From positions 3,296,001 through 3,360,000 of the forward strand of contig CBDCOX010000002.1 in NCBI GenBank assembly GCA_965219995.1: a DNA stretch of 64,000 nucleotides, given 5' to 3'. The number at the start of each line of letters is the position of its first letter. Position 1 is the first letter of the stretch. Source of the DNA: Candidatus Latescibacterota bacterium. Its GTDB lineage: Bacteria; Latescibacterota; UBA2968; GCA-2709665. Positions 1 through 9,411 of the stretch are shown one piece after another. The position numbers and the translations under genes were made by a program. Below the pieces are notes generated by a model. That model searched no databases, had not been told where the DNA came from, and was given only the letters and a program-made list of their open reading frames with translations.

Positions 1-1002
1 CCTTACTTTGCCATGGGGTAGTTCGCACTCGGACTTGTTTATCCATAATACGTGAATCCTGCCATTGTCTGTCCAACTACCGTTTTCGGCATAGTCGTTC
101 TTGTAGACGACGCCAATCGCTCGCCCCTTCTGTATTCCTGTCCTGACAAGCATAATGTCTCCTGGTTTGGGCTCGGTCAGCTTAGCGTACCGGTCCCAGC
201 CCGTAAAGACGCAGTAATTATCTTTGAAACAATCGTCTCGGTCTTCCCAATAATCGTCGTTGCCTGGATCATCTACAAAAGTGCTAACCTGATACCATTT
301 ATCGCTCACACGTATTCTGTTCTTGGCTTTGGGCTTTTGTAGATATAAGAACATATTGATTTCATACGGCTGGCATTTGGGAAATGCTTCCTTTATCTCT
401 CCAAGAAATGACTGATATTTCCCATATCCGCCATCCTCGGAAATTTCATTCTTTAGTTCCCCCGCAGTCAAAAAACCCCGAGTTTCCGACAATACGTCAT
501 ATGTGTCGTCCACCGGCAGGAAGAATTCGGGATTAATTAAGAACAGGGATTGTGTCAATTTTGGAGTTGCGACGAATTTTATGTCCAGAGCATGCTTAAA
601 GTCTTGCGGTTCTATCTCTGGATGGACCGGCAATGCCTGGCGGAAAAGACGCCACAGCAATTCGTTTTTGAAGTTCTGTCCGTCATGAAAAAGGGCATTA
701 AGACTGGTAGGAGTGGGAAAGATGTAGTATTCACCTACCCTCGGATCAGGAAGCGGGTTGTCGATTCCGAATTCATGCGTGACACTTTCATAAACGGTTT
801 TTCGTTGCTTGGCTGTTGCTTTAGATGCCAGGAAATAAACAAATGAGAATGGATCGATCCCTTCATCTCCGTATTTAGTCAGTGCGCGGTTCTCACCCCA
901 ATCCACCTGCCCGGCTTTGTCAATCAGATAGGCTTCACCGCCTTCCGCGATTTTCTTTACTAACTCGCGAAACCACGGTACCCAGTCGTATATTTCTTTC
1001 AT
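1..1002 (-). CDS. McrB-like / modification-dependent restriction protein, N-terminal part (runs off the left edge)
   Basis: Translated by hand; absent from the ORF track because it has no stop in the window. ATG at 1002 after GGAAGGA, 334 open codons: MKEIYDWVPWFRELVKK...IDPFSFVYFLA...KLTQSLFLINPEFFLPVD...KPGDIMLVRTG...AIGVV...IHVLWINK. The IDPFS and LFLINP-FLP-D segments resemble McrB-family N-termini and KPGDIMLV/AIGVV resembles an EVE/PUA-like module. The AAA domain is not visible. More AT-rich than the flanks. Confidence 0.55.
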   Translation of the reverse strand, partial: MKEIYDWVPWFRELVKKIAEGGEAYLIDKAGQVDWGENRALTKYGDEGIDPFSFVYFLASKATAKQRKTVYESVTHEFGIDNPLPDPRVGEYYIFPTPTSLNALFHDGQNFKNELLWRLFRQALPVHPEIEPQDFKHALDIKFVATPKLTQSLFLINPEFFLPVDDTYDVLSETRGFLTAGELKNEISEDGGYGKYQSFLGEIKEAFPKCQPYEINMFLYLQKPKAKNRIRVSDKWYQVSTFVDDPGNDDYWEDRDDCFKDNYCVFTGWDRYAKLTEPKPGDIMLVRTGIQKGRAIGVVYKNDYAENGSWTDNGRIHVLWINKSECELPHGKVR

Positions 1003-1222
1003 CTTGGTATGTCCTTCCCTTTGGAGTATTGGAACAAACTGACGATTAGCCCTTACAGTAAGATCTCTTCGCAAAATGCATGTATGATCGGTCATGCACC
1101 TTGCGTTCGGTACAACGCTGAAATCCCCCCTCCGCATCAGCCGTCGCCGGCCCTTCGACAACCCTTCGACAAGCTCAGGACAGCGGCTCAGGGATCGGCT
1201 CGGCTTCTGCGACGCCCCTTCA

Positions 1223-1384
1223 ACAGTCCGTTGAAATAGTCGCTCTGCAGGCGAGGCCGAGTCATTGTGGCCGAAGACAAGGCGCGCGACCGACGCGAAT
1301 CCCTGGATTCGGGGAGGGAGCGCAACGCTGTAATTCGGTCACAAGGGCCGGACGCAGACCGGATGGACTCTTTCAACGGGCTGT
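1223..1384. mobile_element. 162-bp MITE-like element with 19-bp terminal inverted repeats
   Basis: Left end ACAGTCCGTTGAAATAGTC (1223-1241) vs reverse complement of right end ACAGCCCGTTGAAAGAGTC (1366-1384): 17/19 match. No transposase. Confidence 0.65.
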
Positions 1385-1889
1385 CACGGGGGGAGTGATT
1401 AAACCGTCGAACGGGCGCGCGCCCTTACTTCCAGCTATTTGGTTGCTGTTGAGTACAGCGTCGCCGCGCTAGCCTGCTTGGTCGGCGAGTGTGTGGCAAA
1501 TTGCGTCATTGCGAGCAGAAATATAACACATATATGTTGATCTATCGCTGATTTATAGGGTGATTTCGTTCATTTCTTGTTGAATTCCTGTATTGATTCG
1601 CTCAGCGGGACACGGATTCCCAACAGCGATTCGAATTATATCCCGTTTTTGCGACACCGTTGCGGGAAACAACAGGGAATCGACGCCGCAGGAAACGGCG
1701 GCTCTCTCAGGATGACAGTGGGATTTGGAGTGCGAGAAGGAGGAGCGGTCGAGGGTGTACGCGACGCGTTTCATCCATCGCCGATTGTTAATGATCGCCT
1801 TTATGCGTCCATTGCAGGGTCGGTGTAATCGGCGACCTGTCTCAGGTGGTCAATACAACCAAGCGATTTCTCAAACGAACATTTGAAAG

Positions 1890-2045
1890 GGTGGAGCAGA
1901 CATTCCTGTCTGCTCACATCGAACCCGAACCTCGCAAGAAGAAATCAGGAGACGCTGCGACCCGCCGCCGTGTTCGCCTTTGGAAAATGGAAGGCGTTTT
2001 CTACAGGATCACCTGAACAGGGCAGACAGGAATGTCCGCCCCACC
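1890..2045. repeat. REP doublet (REPIN-like inverted pair)
   Basis: GGTGGAGCAGACATTCCTGTCTGCTC ... GGGCAGACAGGAATGTCCGCCCCACC; another half copy at ~43398-43422. Confidence 0.7.
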
Positions 2046-2220
2046 TTCAGACGTGCTTTTTCATACGCCGGATGATCTCTTCTACGCTGCCCTTCCGCAG
2101 ATAAACCTTCGAGATACAATACCGACGTTACTCTATCCGCGGGCATGCCAGCGGACCCGGAAGGCAACCCTTCGGCGTGATCCGTAAGATGCTGATGGCT
2201 GACTGTTGAGAGATGATTGC

Positions 2221-2841
2221 TTATATCAACCCCTTCTCCGTCGCGATGGCGACGGCTTCGGTGCGGTTTCCGGCGTCGAGTTTGGACAGGATTTCGCTGA
2301 CGTGGAACTTGACCGTGCGTTCGGAGATGTAAAGTTGGTCGGCGATTTCCTTGTTCAATAGACCCGTTGCGATCAGTTTCAGCACTTCCTTCTGACGCGG
2401 CGTCAACGCATCGGGGTTGTTGACGCTTTCCAGCAATCTGGAAGCAACCAGGGGTTCGAGCAGCGACCCGCCTTCGTGTACCACACGAACGGCGCGAAAC
2501 AGCTCCTCTCTGGGCGAGCCCTTCAGCAGATAGCCTTTTGCGCCGGCCTTCATCGCGGAAACAATGCGCTCGTCCGTGTCAAAGACCGTGAATACAATCG
2601 TCCGTGCACGGGCGTTGTTTTCCTTCAAGCGCCGAAGGGTCTCGATCCCATCCACACCCGGCATCTCCAGATCCAGCAACAGTACGTCCGGGTCACACCC
2701 GGCTACCTTCCGCATCGCCTCCTCCCCGTCACCGGCTTCTCCGACGATCTCGAAATCAGCCTGCGTACCCAGCATCGCCGCCAGGCCGTCGCGCACAACC
2801 GGATGATCGTCGACAATCAGAATGCGAATCGGGGCGGTCAT
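2221..2841 (-). CDS. NarL/FixJ-family response regulator (REC + LuxR HTH)
   Basis: [20 protein letters not shown]...[10 protein letters not shown]...LTPRQKEVL...[19 protein letters not shown]. Start reassigned to ATG 2841, which overlaps the kinase stop (ATGA). Confidence 0.95.
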   Translation of the reverse strand: MTAPIRILIVDDHPVVRDGLAAMLGTQADFEIVGEAGDGEEAMRKVAGCDPDVLLLDLEMPGVDGIETLRRLKENNARARTIVFTVFDTDERIVSAMKAGAKGYLLKGSPREELFRAVRVVHEGGSLLEPLVASRLLESVNNPDALTPRQKEVLKLIATGLLNKEIADQLYISERTVKFHVSEILSKLDAGNRTEAVAIATEKGLI

Positions 2842-4016
2842 TTCTTGCCCTGTGCAGGAATGTGCGTTTCCAGCCGCGTGCCGTGTCCCGGCGAACTTTC
2901 GATTTTCAGTGAACCTCCAAGCAAACGCGCCCGCTCGCGCATTCCGACCAGCCCATGTCGACCACGGGGCACGTTTGAAGGGTCGAATCCGCAACCGTCG
3001 TCCTCAACGATCAGTGTAACGCAATCGGGCGTTGACGTCAGTTCGACAGACACGCCACTTGCTTTGGCATGCGCCGCGACGTTGTTCATCGCCTCCTGTG
3101 CGATGCGAAACAGACCTGCTTCAACCCGTGCGGATAGAGGATATCCGCCAATGCAATCTACCCGGATGTCCAGACCTGCCTCGGATCCAATTTCCTTCGC
3201 GAGTGCGTCCAACGCTCCGGTCAACGAGCGATTCTCCAGGGGGGCAGCACGGAGATCCAGTACGGCGCGGCGCGCATCCTCGAGATTGTCGCGAGCCAGC
3301 GCGATTGCGTCGCGCACAATCTCGGACAGCCTCTCGCGGTCCGCGTCACCGTCAAGCAGGGCGTCCAGTGTTTCCAGCCTCATAAGAATCCCCGCGAGAT
3401 TCTGGCCGAGCGTGTCGTGTATCTCTCGCGCAAGCCGGATACGCTCATCCACCGCGCCGATTTCCACGCTCTGTTCGTAGAAGCGCGCCCGTTCGATCGC
3501 GATGCTCGTCAGATCGCCGATCGTATTGAGCAGTCGCAGATCTTCGGCCGAGAGCTCACGCCACGCGGCGCTTGCAACGTTCAACACGCCAACCTTTTTT
3601 CGTTTCGCGTACAACGGAATGCTCGCGTGATACTTCAACCCCTCCGTGCCTTCGACAAGCCCTTTCAGCCTGCTGCACGCCACGACGTTCACATTCGCGG
3701 CGCCCTTCAAATCCCCTTTCCGGTAGGTGTCCAGGCAATAGCACCATCCACCCATCTTAACCGGGTTGTCGTGCAACGCGGGCGGCAGGTTCTGCGCAGC
3801 TGCCAGATACGGCTCGCCGGTCTCTTCGCTCAGGAGCCATATCCAGCTTGTACTCAGGTCGAGCAGGGCGGCTACTTTTCGAAGTGCGGCTTCAAGCGCC
3901 TGATCGAGACCCACGGACTGGTTCAATTCGTGGGCAATCTCGTTCAGAACCGTGAGTTCGCGATTGCGCTGTCTGAGCTGGCGGGTTGGCGTCGGCATGG
4001 CTTTCGTCCCTGGCAT
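2838..4016 (-). CDS. GAF-domain HisKA_3 sensor histidine kinase (YhcY/AirS-like)
   Basis: GAF domain with CYC...ACSR cysteines; [12 protein letters not shown]-box; EAMNNV N-box; DDGCGF and GLVGMRER G-boxes. Confidence 0.9.
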   Translation of the reverse strand: MPGTKAMPTPTRQLRQRNRELTVLNEIAHELNQSVGLDQALEAALRKVAALLDLSTSWIWLLSEETGEPYLAAAQNLPPALHDNPVKMGGWCYCLDTYRKGDLKGAANVNVVACSRLKGLVEGTEGLKYHASIPLYAKRKKVGVLNVASAAWRELSAEDLRLLNTIGDLTSIAIERARFYEQSVEIGAVDERIRLAREIHDTLGQNLAGILMRLETLDALLDGDADRERLSEIVRDAIALARDNLEDARRAVLDLRAAPLENRSLTGALDALAKEIGSEAGLDIRVDCIGGYPLSARVEAGLFRIAQEAMNNVAAHAKASGVSVELTSTPDCVTLIVEDDGCGFDPSNVPRGRHGLVGMRERARLLGGSLKIESSPGHGTRLETHIPAQGKK

Positions 4017-4054
4017 GCGGTTTCTTTCGTACGACGTGGCAATATATCTCCCGT

Positions 4055-5161
4055 TCAGGGCAAAATCAAATGCAGATCGCCAAACTCATGCCACAGATAC
4101 CCCTTGTCGAGCGCTGCTTCATAGGTCGCCCGAAGATGATCCGGACCCGTCAATGCCTGCAACATCGACAGATGTGTGGCGTGAGGTTCGTGCATGCCGG
4201 TCAGGAGACCGTCTACGATCCGCATCGGCCGCTCGGGCGATATCACCAGGTCCGTCCACCCGTGACCCGGATGGACCCGTCCAGCCTCTTCGGCAACGGT
4301 CTCGAGCGCCCGGACCACCGTGGTGCCGACGGCAACGATCCGTCCGCCATTTTCGCGTGCGAGGTTGATTACCCGCGCCGATTCGCCGGGTACGCTGTAA
4401 TACTCCTCAAAGGGCGGCTCGTCGGCTTCCAGACTTGCCACGCCGGTGTGCAGGATCAACGGCGCGATCTGAATGCCCTTTGCGACCAGCTTTGTGATGA
4501 CCTCGGGCGTGAACGCGCGGCCGGCCGATGGCATTTCGGCGCTTCCTGCCTCGGTTGCATAGACGTTCTGGTAAACCTCGATGGGCCAGTTCTCCTGAAC
4601 GTATCCATACCGGATTGGCGCGCCGTAGACATCCAGGTACGTATCCACGTCGCAGGGCAATGCCAATGTCGCTATCCACAGACGAACATCGGCGAGCGGA
4701 TCGTCGCGCAACTCAGGCCTGAAGGGTGCGTGCAGGTGCGCCGATCCGCCGCCGGGCAACGCCATCACCTCGCCCGGACGCGCGTGCAGGAACGGCAATG
4801 TCCCATCCGATGACCGCATTTCAACCATCCACAAATCGGCCGGCAGATGCGTTGACAGATGCAGCCTCAGTTCTGAGCCATCGGTCCGGATGGCCGGCAG
4901 CGACGCTTTCCGGGTTCCACTCGTATTGATCACCAGAACGTCCCCGGGGCGAAGCACGTCGGGAAGATCGCGAAATCCGACGTGTTCGATCGAATCGTCA
5001 CTTTTTCGCGATACCATCAACCGGACCTCGTCCCTACCGAGTCCGCGCGCTTCCGGCGGCTCTCCTGCCTCGAGGCTCGGCGGCAGATCGAAGGAAAGAG
5101 TATCCAACCTCGAATTCACCATTGCAACGGGCAGTACAGAGTTCGATTTCGACACAGACAT
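4055..5161 (-). CDS. queA: QueA-family S-adenosylmethionine:tRNA ribosyltransferase-isomerase-like protein (divergent paralog type)
   Basis: FDLPP...RLMV...LRPGDVLVINTS, YQNVYA...GSAEMPSAGRAFT, LHTG, AVGTTVVRALE, LLTGMHEP, YLWHEFGDLHLI. Confidence 0.8.
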   Translation of the reverse strand: MSVSKSNSVLPVAMVNSRLDTLSFDLPPSLEAGEPPEARGLGRDEVRLMVSRKSDDSIEHVGFRDLPDVLRPGDVLVINTSGTRKASLPAIRTDGSELRLHLSTHLPADLWMVEMRSSDGTLPFLHARPGEVMALPGGGSAHLHAPFRPELRDDPLADVRLWIATLALPCDVDTYLDVYGAPIRYGYVQENWPIEVYQNVYATEAGSAEMPSAGRAFTPEVITKLVAKGIQIAPLILHTGVASLEADEPPFEEYYSVPGESARVINLARENGGRIVAVGTTVVRALETVAEEAGRVHPGHGWTDLVISPERPMRIVDGLLTGMHEPHATHLSMLQALTGPDHLRATYEAALDKGYLWHEFGDLHLILP

Positions 5162-5173
5162 GGGGACCCCCTT

Positions 5174-5881
5174 TCAACATATGCTCGTCACCGGCGTGAA
5201 TGACTCGCGCGCCTGGTAGCGTCCACTGTCATAGTCGCCTTCCAACAGTTTCAGGAGTCCCGGCACACTCGCCTCCGGTACGGGACGATCGCCTATATCC
5301 TCTCCAGGAAACGCGTCCTGGTGCATCTGCGTCCGCATATCGCCCGGATCCACCCGGTAGACCCGCCAGTCCGGACGTTCCGCAGCAAGCACATTCGAAA
5401 GCTGTTCAATCGCTGCCTTGGAAGAGCCGTACCCGCCCCAGCCCTCATACGCCTCCCTCGCGGCGTCGCTTGTCACGTTGATCACACGCGCGCAGGGCTT
5501 CAATGCCTGTTGGACTGCCTGGAGCACACCCAGAGGCGCGATTACGTTGGCACGATACACTTCTTCCAGGATATTGAGCGGATAATCCAGCAATCCGGGC
5601 TGGGGACTCGGACCCAGCATGCCGGCGTTGTTGATCACCGCATCCAAGCCTCCGACCTCATTTGCGGCTTGTGCCAACTTCAAGCGATGTTCGGCGTGGG
5701 TCACGTCTCCGGGAACGGCGATGACGTCCGTTCGCCTTGCCAATTCTTCACGTGCGGCTTCCAGTGCCTCCGCGCCCCTGGCGTTGATGACCAGGCCCCA
5801 TCCTCTCCGTGCGAGTGCTCGCGAGAGAGCAAGGCCCAGACCCCGTGATGCGCCCGTAATCAGTGCCGTCTGCATGGACAT
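5174..5881 (-). CDS. SDR family NAD(P)-dependent oxidoreductase
   Basis: TGASRGLG, NNAG and YGSSK motifs; AAGGAGG RBS upstream of ATG 5881. Confidence 0.93.
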   Translation of the reverse strand: MSMQTALITGASRGLGLALSRALARRGWGLVINARGAEALEAAREELARRTDVIAVPGDVTHAEHRLKLAQAANEVGGLDAVINNAGMLGPSPQPGLLDYPLNILEEVYRANVIAPLGVLQAVQQALKPCARVINVTSDAAREAYEGWGGYGSSKAAIEQLSNVLAAERPDWRVYRVDPGDMRTQMHQDAFPGEDIGDRPVPEASVPGLLKLLEGDYDSGRYQARESFTPVTSIC

Positions 5882-5954
5882 CGTCAACCTCCTTTCGATT
5901 TAAACCGCCGATTGTGATGATCTACCGCTCTCCTGTCGTGGTTGAAATGTAGCC

Positions 5955-5986
5955 AAACAAAAAGCCCTCCGCATCGAACGGAGGGC
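5955..5986 (-). terminator. Rho-independent terminator-like hairpin
   Basis: GCCCTCCG-7 nt-CGGAGGGC followed on the minus strand by TTTTTGTTT. Confidence 0.55.
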
Positions 5987-5996
5987 CAGTTAGAAT

Positions 5997-6036
5997 CCTG
6001 TACTTTCGTGCAGGGAGATCCTGTCCGTCTGGTCAG
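5997..6036. promoter_or_regulatory. Candidate NarL/LuxR-type operator upstream of the SDR-queA operon
   Basis: Near-perfect palindrome CCTGTAC-TTTC-GTGCAGG (5997-6014) and a degenerate second copy CTGTCC-GTCT-GGTCAG (6021-6036). Confidence 0.4.
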
Positions 6037-6212
6037 TTTATTTCACAGTCGTGACACCACTTAGCCTGAATAACTCACTAAACATGAACTTACATGGATG
6101 GACAGGATGAGCAGGATAAAGACAAAAACCGACCAGGATTAAGACAAAAGTAGTACGAATGATCACGATTACGGGCTAGAGCGATGGATCCTTACTTCAT
6201 TTTGGGGGGAGG

Positions 6213-6440
6213 TTAATTCGAATATACGCAAGTTGATAAAGGCGATTTGACATCGGATTTCCAGGAACCTTCAGGGCACTGGACGTGAACCGAAAGTATA
6301 TGCTTCCGGACGAACCTTTCGGCCCGTTGAGGAAATGACTGCAGGGTCGCCGCGTTACGACGCACGCCGTTTCGCACGGATGCCTTTTGTGCTTTTTGTG
6401 GCCAATTCTTCGGTTTTCTTTTTTCGAATTGAAGTTCAGG
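6213..6440. repeat. Dispersed intergenic repeat, copy 1
   Basis: TATACGCAAGT..ATAAAGGCGATTTGAC..TTCCAGGAACCTTCAGG..GGACGTGAAC..CTGCAGGGTC..GCCTTTTGT.CTTTTTGTGGC shared with 28845-29180; the tail also appears at ~11965-12015. Confidence 0.8.
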
Positions 6441-6591
6441 GATCGTTAGGGTCGGAGTGATGACGTGCGGTCTATGGTGAATCGATTCACTGCCGTTACT
6501 CGTTTTCTCGTGCCTTTCTCCTGCTCTTTGGTTCTTATCCTGTTCATCCTGTCCATCCATGTGAGTTCACGTCTGTGGTATATTCCACACC

Positions 6592-9309
6592 TCAAAACCC
6601 CGAAAACCTCGCCTTGCCGATTGAGGTGAGCGAGCGGTCCGATGTGTTCAGGAAGGCCGAAGTACGCAGGCGGTAACGAACGGTTCCGGGGATCTCGCGG
6701 TGCGGGAAAAACAGGTGGCGCATGCCTTCTCCTTCGACCGCAAATCCGGGGTCGGCTTCCAGCAGTACGTGCGTCGCGTTGCCTTCGCGCGCAACCCCTC
6801 GCACCCGGCACCCCCGGGTCGATCCGTCGCCGAACGTGACGATTGACGTCGCGCCGTCCAGCAGGTCGCCCTCGGGCAGATCGCCGGTGACGACGAGCGC
6901 GTCGTACGGCGCGCCGGCATCCGCCCTTAAAATACCCGTTACTTCCCCCTCATACGCGCCGGCGCCTTCGAGTACCACCTGATTCCACTTCAGCGCCGTT
7001 CCGCCCCAGAGTCCCATAGACTCGGGCTGTCCGTTCCGCACCCTCACGAAACCGACCTCCCCAGTGAGCGACAGATCTCCCCATTCGACGGTCTGCCCTC
7101 CCGAATCGCCTGAATACACGATATGGTCGACAACGCCGTGGTGCGACACGCGGAGGCCCACCGCGCCTCCATCCAGCGCTTCCAGATGTACGTCGTCTAT
7201 AAACGGCGAGCCATCGAACGGTTCGTGCACCGCGGCGAACCGGCTCGATAAAGGCGCGGGCCCCTTGCGGCGCAACATGAAGATGGGCATTCGAAACCGG
7301 TCCAGGAGCGCGTCGTTCTCCTCTGCCCGCCGAAACGATATGGCATCGCCCAGGAAGACTTCCGCATCCTCCTGTCCGGGAAGGTGCGTCCGCACGGCGG
7401 CAGGCGAACCGTCCACCGTAAAGGTGACGCTCAGCCTGTCTTCCGCCCGGCCGTTGGAGACGTTCTGGAAGTACGCGTAGGCAATATTCCGGCCCTCCGC
7501 GTCTCCCCGGTCCGACTCGCCGGTAGGCAAGCGCACGTCCACGTCCGGCAGCATGTTTTCGCCGTAGGCCGCAAGGGGAACGCTGACCGTCGCATCCCCG
7601 TCCGCATCCGCGTCCCCACGCAGGGCCCAGTCGTGCTGTGAACCCCCTGTTACGCGAAAAAGGTCCACCGCGTAACCATCCGATTCCCCGGCGCCCACCA
7701 GAAGCAGCGCGCGACGGTAGACCTGCGCCACACCGGGGTACGCCCCCTCCCCGCTCGCTTCCACCCACTTCACCGCATCGAAACCCGGTTCGAAGGCCAG
7801 CAGCCGTCCGTCCGAGGGCCCTTGTCTGCCACCTGAATACTGCCGCTGCTCATCGATCACCACCGTATTGTGACAAAGTGTGCTCGTGCTCCAGACCCGG
7901 TGCCGCGTGTGGGTGTACCCGACGTCCGGAAACAGTTCGCGGCCTTTGGCGAACAGAACCATGTTCAGATTGTCCGCGTGCTGGTGCCCGTAGCCGCCGG
8001 AGAAGTGAAGATGAAGCTGCACCTGTTCGTCACCCATGCCACGCCCCAGCCATGCGTGCCCGACTCCCGCCAGCAATGTTGAAACCGAGCGATCGGGTAC
8101 CTTGAGGTTTCTGAAGTGCGCCCAGTTGTCGTGCATGGTCATCTGCCGCCCGTCGGGATACCGGCAGATTTCCAGGATTCGCTCCGCCGAGGCGATCACA
8201 GGGATATCCCGTGAGAGTTCCAGGTTGTCCAGGCGGGTCCCGTTCTCCGGATGGACATAGCCCGGCGGGTCGCTATATCCCCGAACTGCACGAAATACCC
8301 TGTTCATTCCACCCATCGTCATCTGATGATAACCTACACTGCCCTCCATCCAGAACCCGTCTTCGTAGAACGTCCGTCTGAACAGTTCCCGGCTCCGCCT
8401 TACGCCTTCATGCACCAGCCCGGGATCCACCAGGACCCGGCCGATCACAATGTATCCTTCGTATATTCGCGGCCCCGCATTGCCATAAACGGGCTCGTGA
8501 AACCGGTCCTGTCGAATGGCGCCGCGGAAGAAATCGTTCTCGATACGCGCCTTAACGTCGTCTTCTGTTTCTTCCGAGAGCCGCTCGAGTTCGCCACTCT
8601 CGTAGATCGAATCGTACGCATAGACCAGGGGCGTGGGCATCTCGTCATGGCGCCATCGTCCCCATTTTCCGCCGCCGTTGGGATACGGCGGTTCCAGCGC
8701 GAACCCTTTGGGACGGTGCGGCCAGTCCCGGCTCACGAGGAAGCCGGGATAATACCGCGCGAATGCGTCCAGAATCAGCACCGCGCGGCGCGCGTACGCC
8801 TGATCGCCCGTCATCTGGTACAGGTCGCCGAGCCGATGGGCGACCGTCGAAAAGTACGAACGCGCCTCCCGCCAGGCCCTGGCCGAAAAGAGATATCTGT
8901 ATCCGGTCGCGTCTTCCCAGTAGGGGTATTCCACCTCCACGCCCACGGGATTGACGACCTTCATCACCCGGTCCTCAGGGTAATGTTCGTTCGGAAACAC
9001 CATCTCGCAGAACCGGCACGTCACGCGATGCGGATCGGAGATCGTCCATCGCAACTGCCCCTCCTGCGTCCCCTCGTCGCAATTCGGACAGCCCATGAAC
9101 CGGAAGCCGGTTTTGTCCGGGACCAGAGCCACCATCTCCGCTTCGGACATCGCCATCACCCTGGATACCGATCGCTTCAACGCGTTCATGCGTTTCGCCG
9201 ACACCTCGACCGGATAGATCGGGCGGGCCGTTTCCGCCAGGACCGATCTCGACCAGCCCAGAACAATCATGCAGACGACCGCCAACACCAAGAGGCCCAT
9301 CCATTCCAT
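6592..9309 (-). CDS. Heparinase II/III-family polysaccharide lyase-like protein, secreted
   Basis: Signal peptide MEWMGLLVLAVV..., DGFWMEGSVGYH, GHQHADNLN, FPDVGY, STLCHNTVVID; N-terminal CPNC...CRFC. Confidence 0.8.
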   Translation of the reverse strand: MEWMGLLVLAVVCMIVLGWSRSVLAETARPIYPVEVSAKRMNALKRSVSRVMAMSEAEMVALVPDKTGFRFMGCPNCDEGTQEGQLRWTISDPHRVTCRFCEMVFPNEHYPEDRVMKVVNPVGVEVEYPYWEDATGYRYLFSARAWREARSYFSTVAHRLGDLYQMTGDQAYARRAVLILDAFARYYPGFLVSRDWPHRPKGFALEPPYPNGGGKWGRWRHDEMPTPLVYAYDSIYESGELERLSEETEDDVKARIENDFFRGAIRQDRFHEPVYGNAGPRIYEGYIVIGRVLVDPGLVHEGVRRSRELFRRTFYEDGFWMEGSVGYHQMTMGGMNRVFRAVRGYSDPPGYVHPENGTRLDNLELSRDIPVIASAERILEICRYPDGRQMTMHDNWAHFRNLKVPDRSVSTLLAGVGHAWLGRGMGDEQVQLHLHFSGGYGHQHADNLNMVLFAKGRELFPDVGYTHTRHRVWSTSTLCHNTVVIDEQRQYSGGRQGPSDGRLLAFEPGFDAVKWVEASGEGAYPGVAQVYRRALLLVGAGESDGYAVDLFRVTGGSQHDWALRGDADADGDATVSVPLAAYGENMLPDVDVRLPTGESDRGDAEGRNIAYAYFQNVSNGRAEDRLSVTFTVDGSPAAVRTHLPGQEDAEVFLGDAISFRRAEENDALLDRFRMPIFMLRRKGPAPLSSRFAAVHEPFDGSPFIDDVHLEALDGGAVGLRVSHHGVVDHIVYSGDSGGQTVEWGDLSLTGEVGFVRVRNGQPESMGLWGGTALKWNQVVLEGAGAYEGEVTGILRADAGAPYDALVVTGDLPEGDLLDGATSIVTFGDGSTRGCRVRGVAREGNATHVLLEADPGFAVEGEGMRHLFFPHREIPGTVRYRLRTSAFLNTSDRSLTSIGKARFSGF

Positions 9310-9411
9310 TCCACGCCGTCCTTTCTTTTCTGCGTACTGTCCGGGCCGGCAGCACGGATAACAGGTGTTCGGGTACATGGGTAACACTCTCTGAAGTGGA
9401 AGCGTTCTCCA

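Noticed and set aside
1795-1880. Minus-strand fragment ...DHLRQVADY... resembling a HEPN R-x3-DY motif
   Set aside because: Too short and lacks start or context; could be chance.
2150-2185. Hairpin CGGACCCGGAAGGCAACCCTTCGGCGTGATCCG as a possible ncRNA or group II intron domain
   Set aside because: No supporting flanking structure and no catalytic-triad motif.
6213-6560. 115-aa minus-strand ORF, and short ORFs at 28902-29181, 39744-40427 and 43010-44058
   Set aside because: They are translations of repeat DNA and the frames are not conserved between copies.
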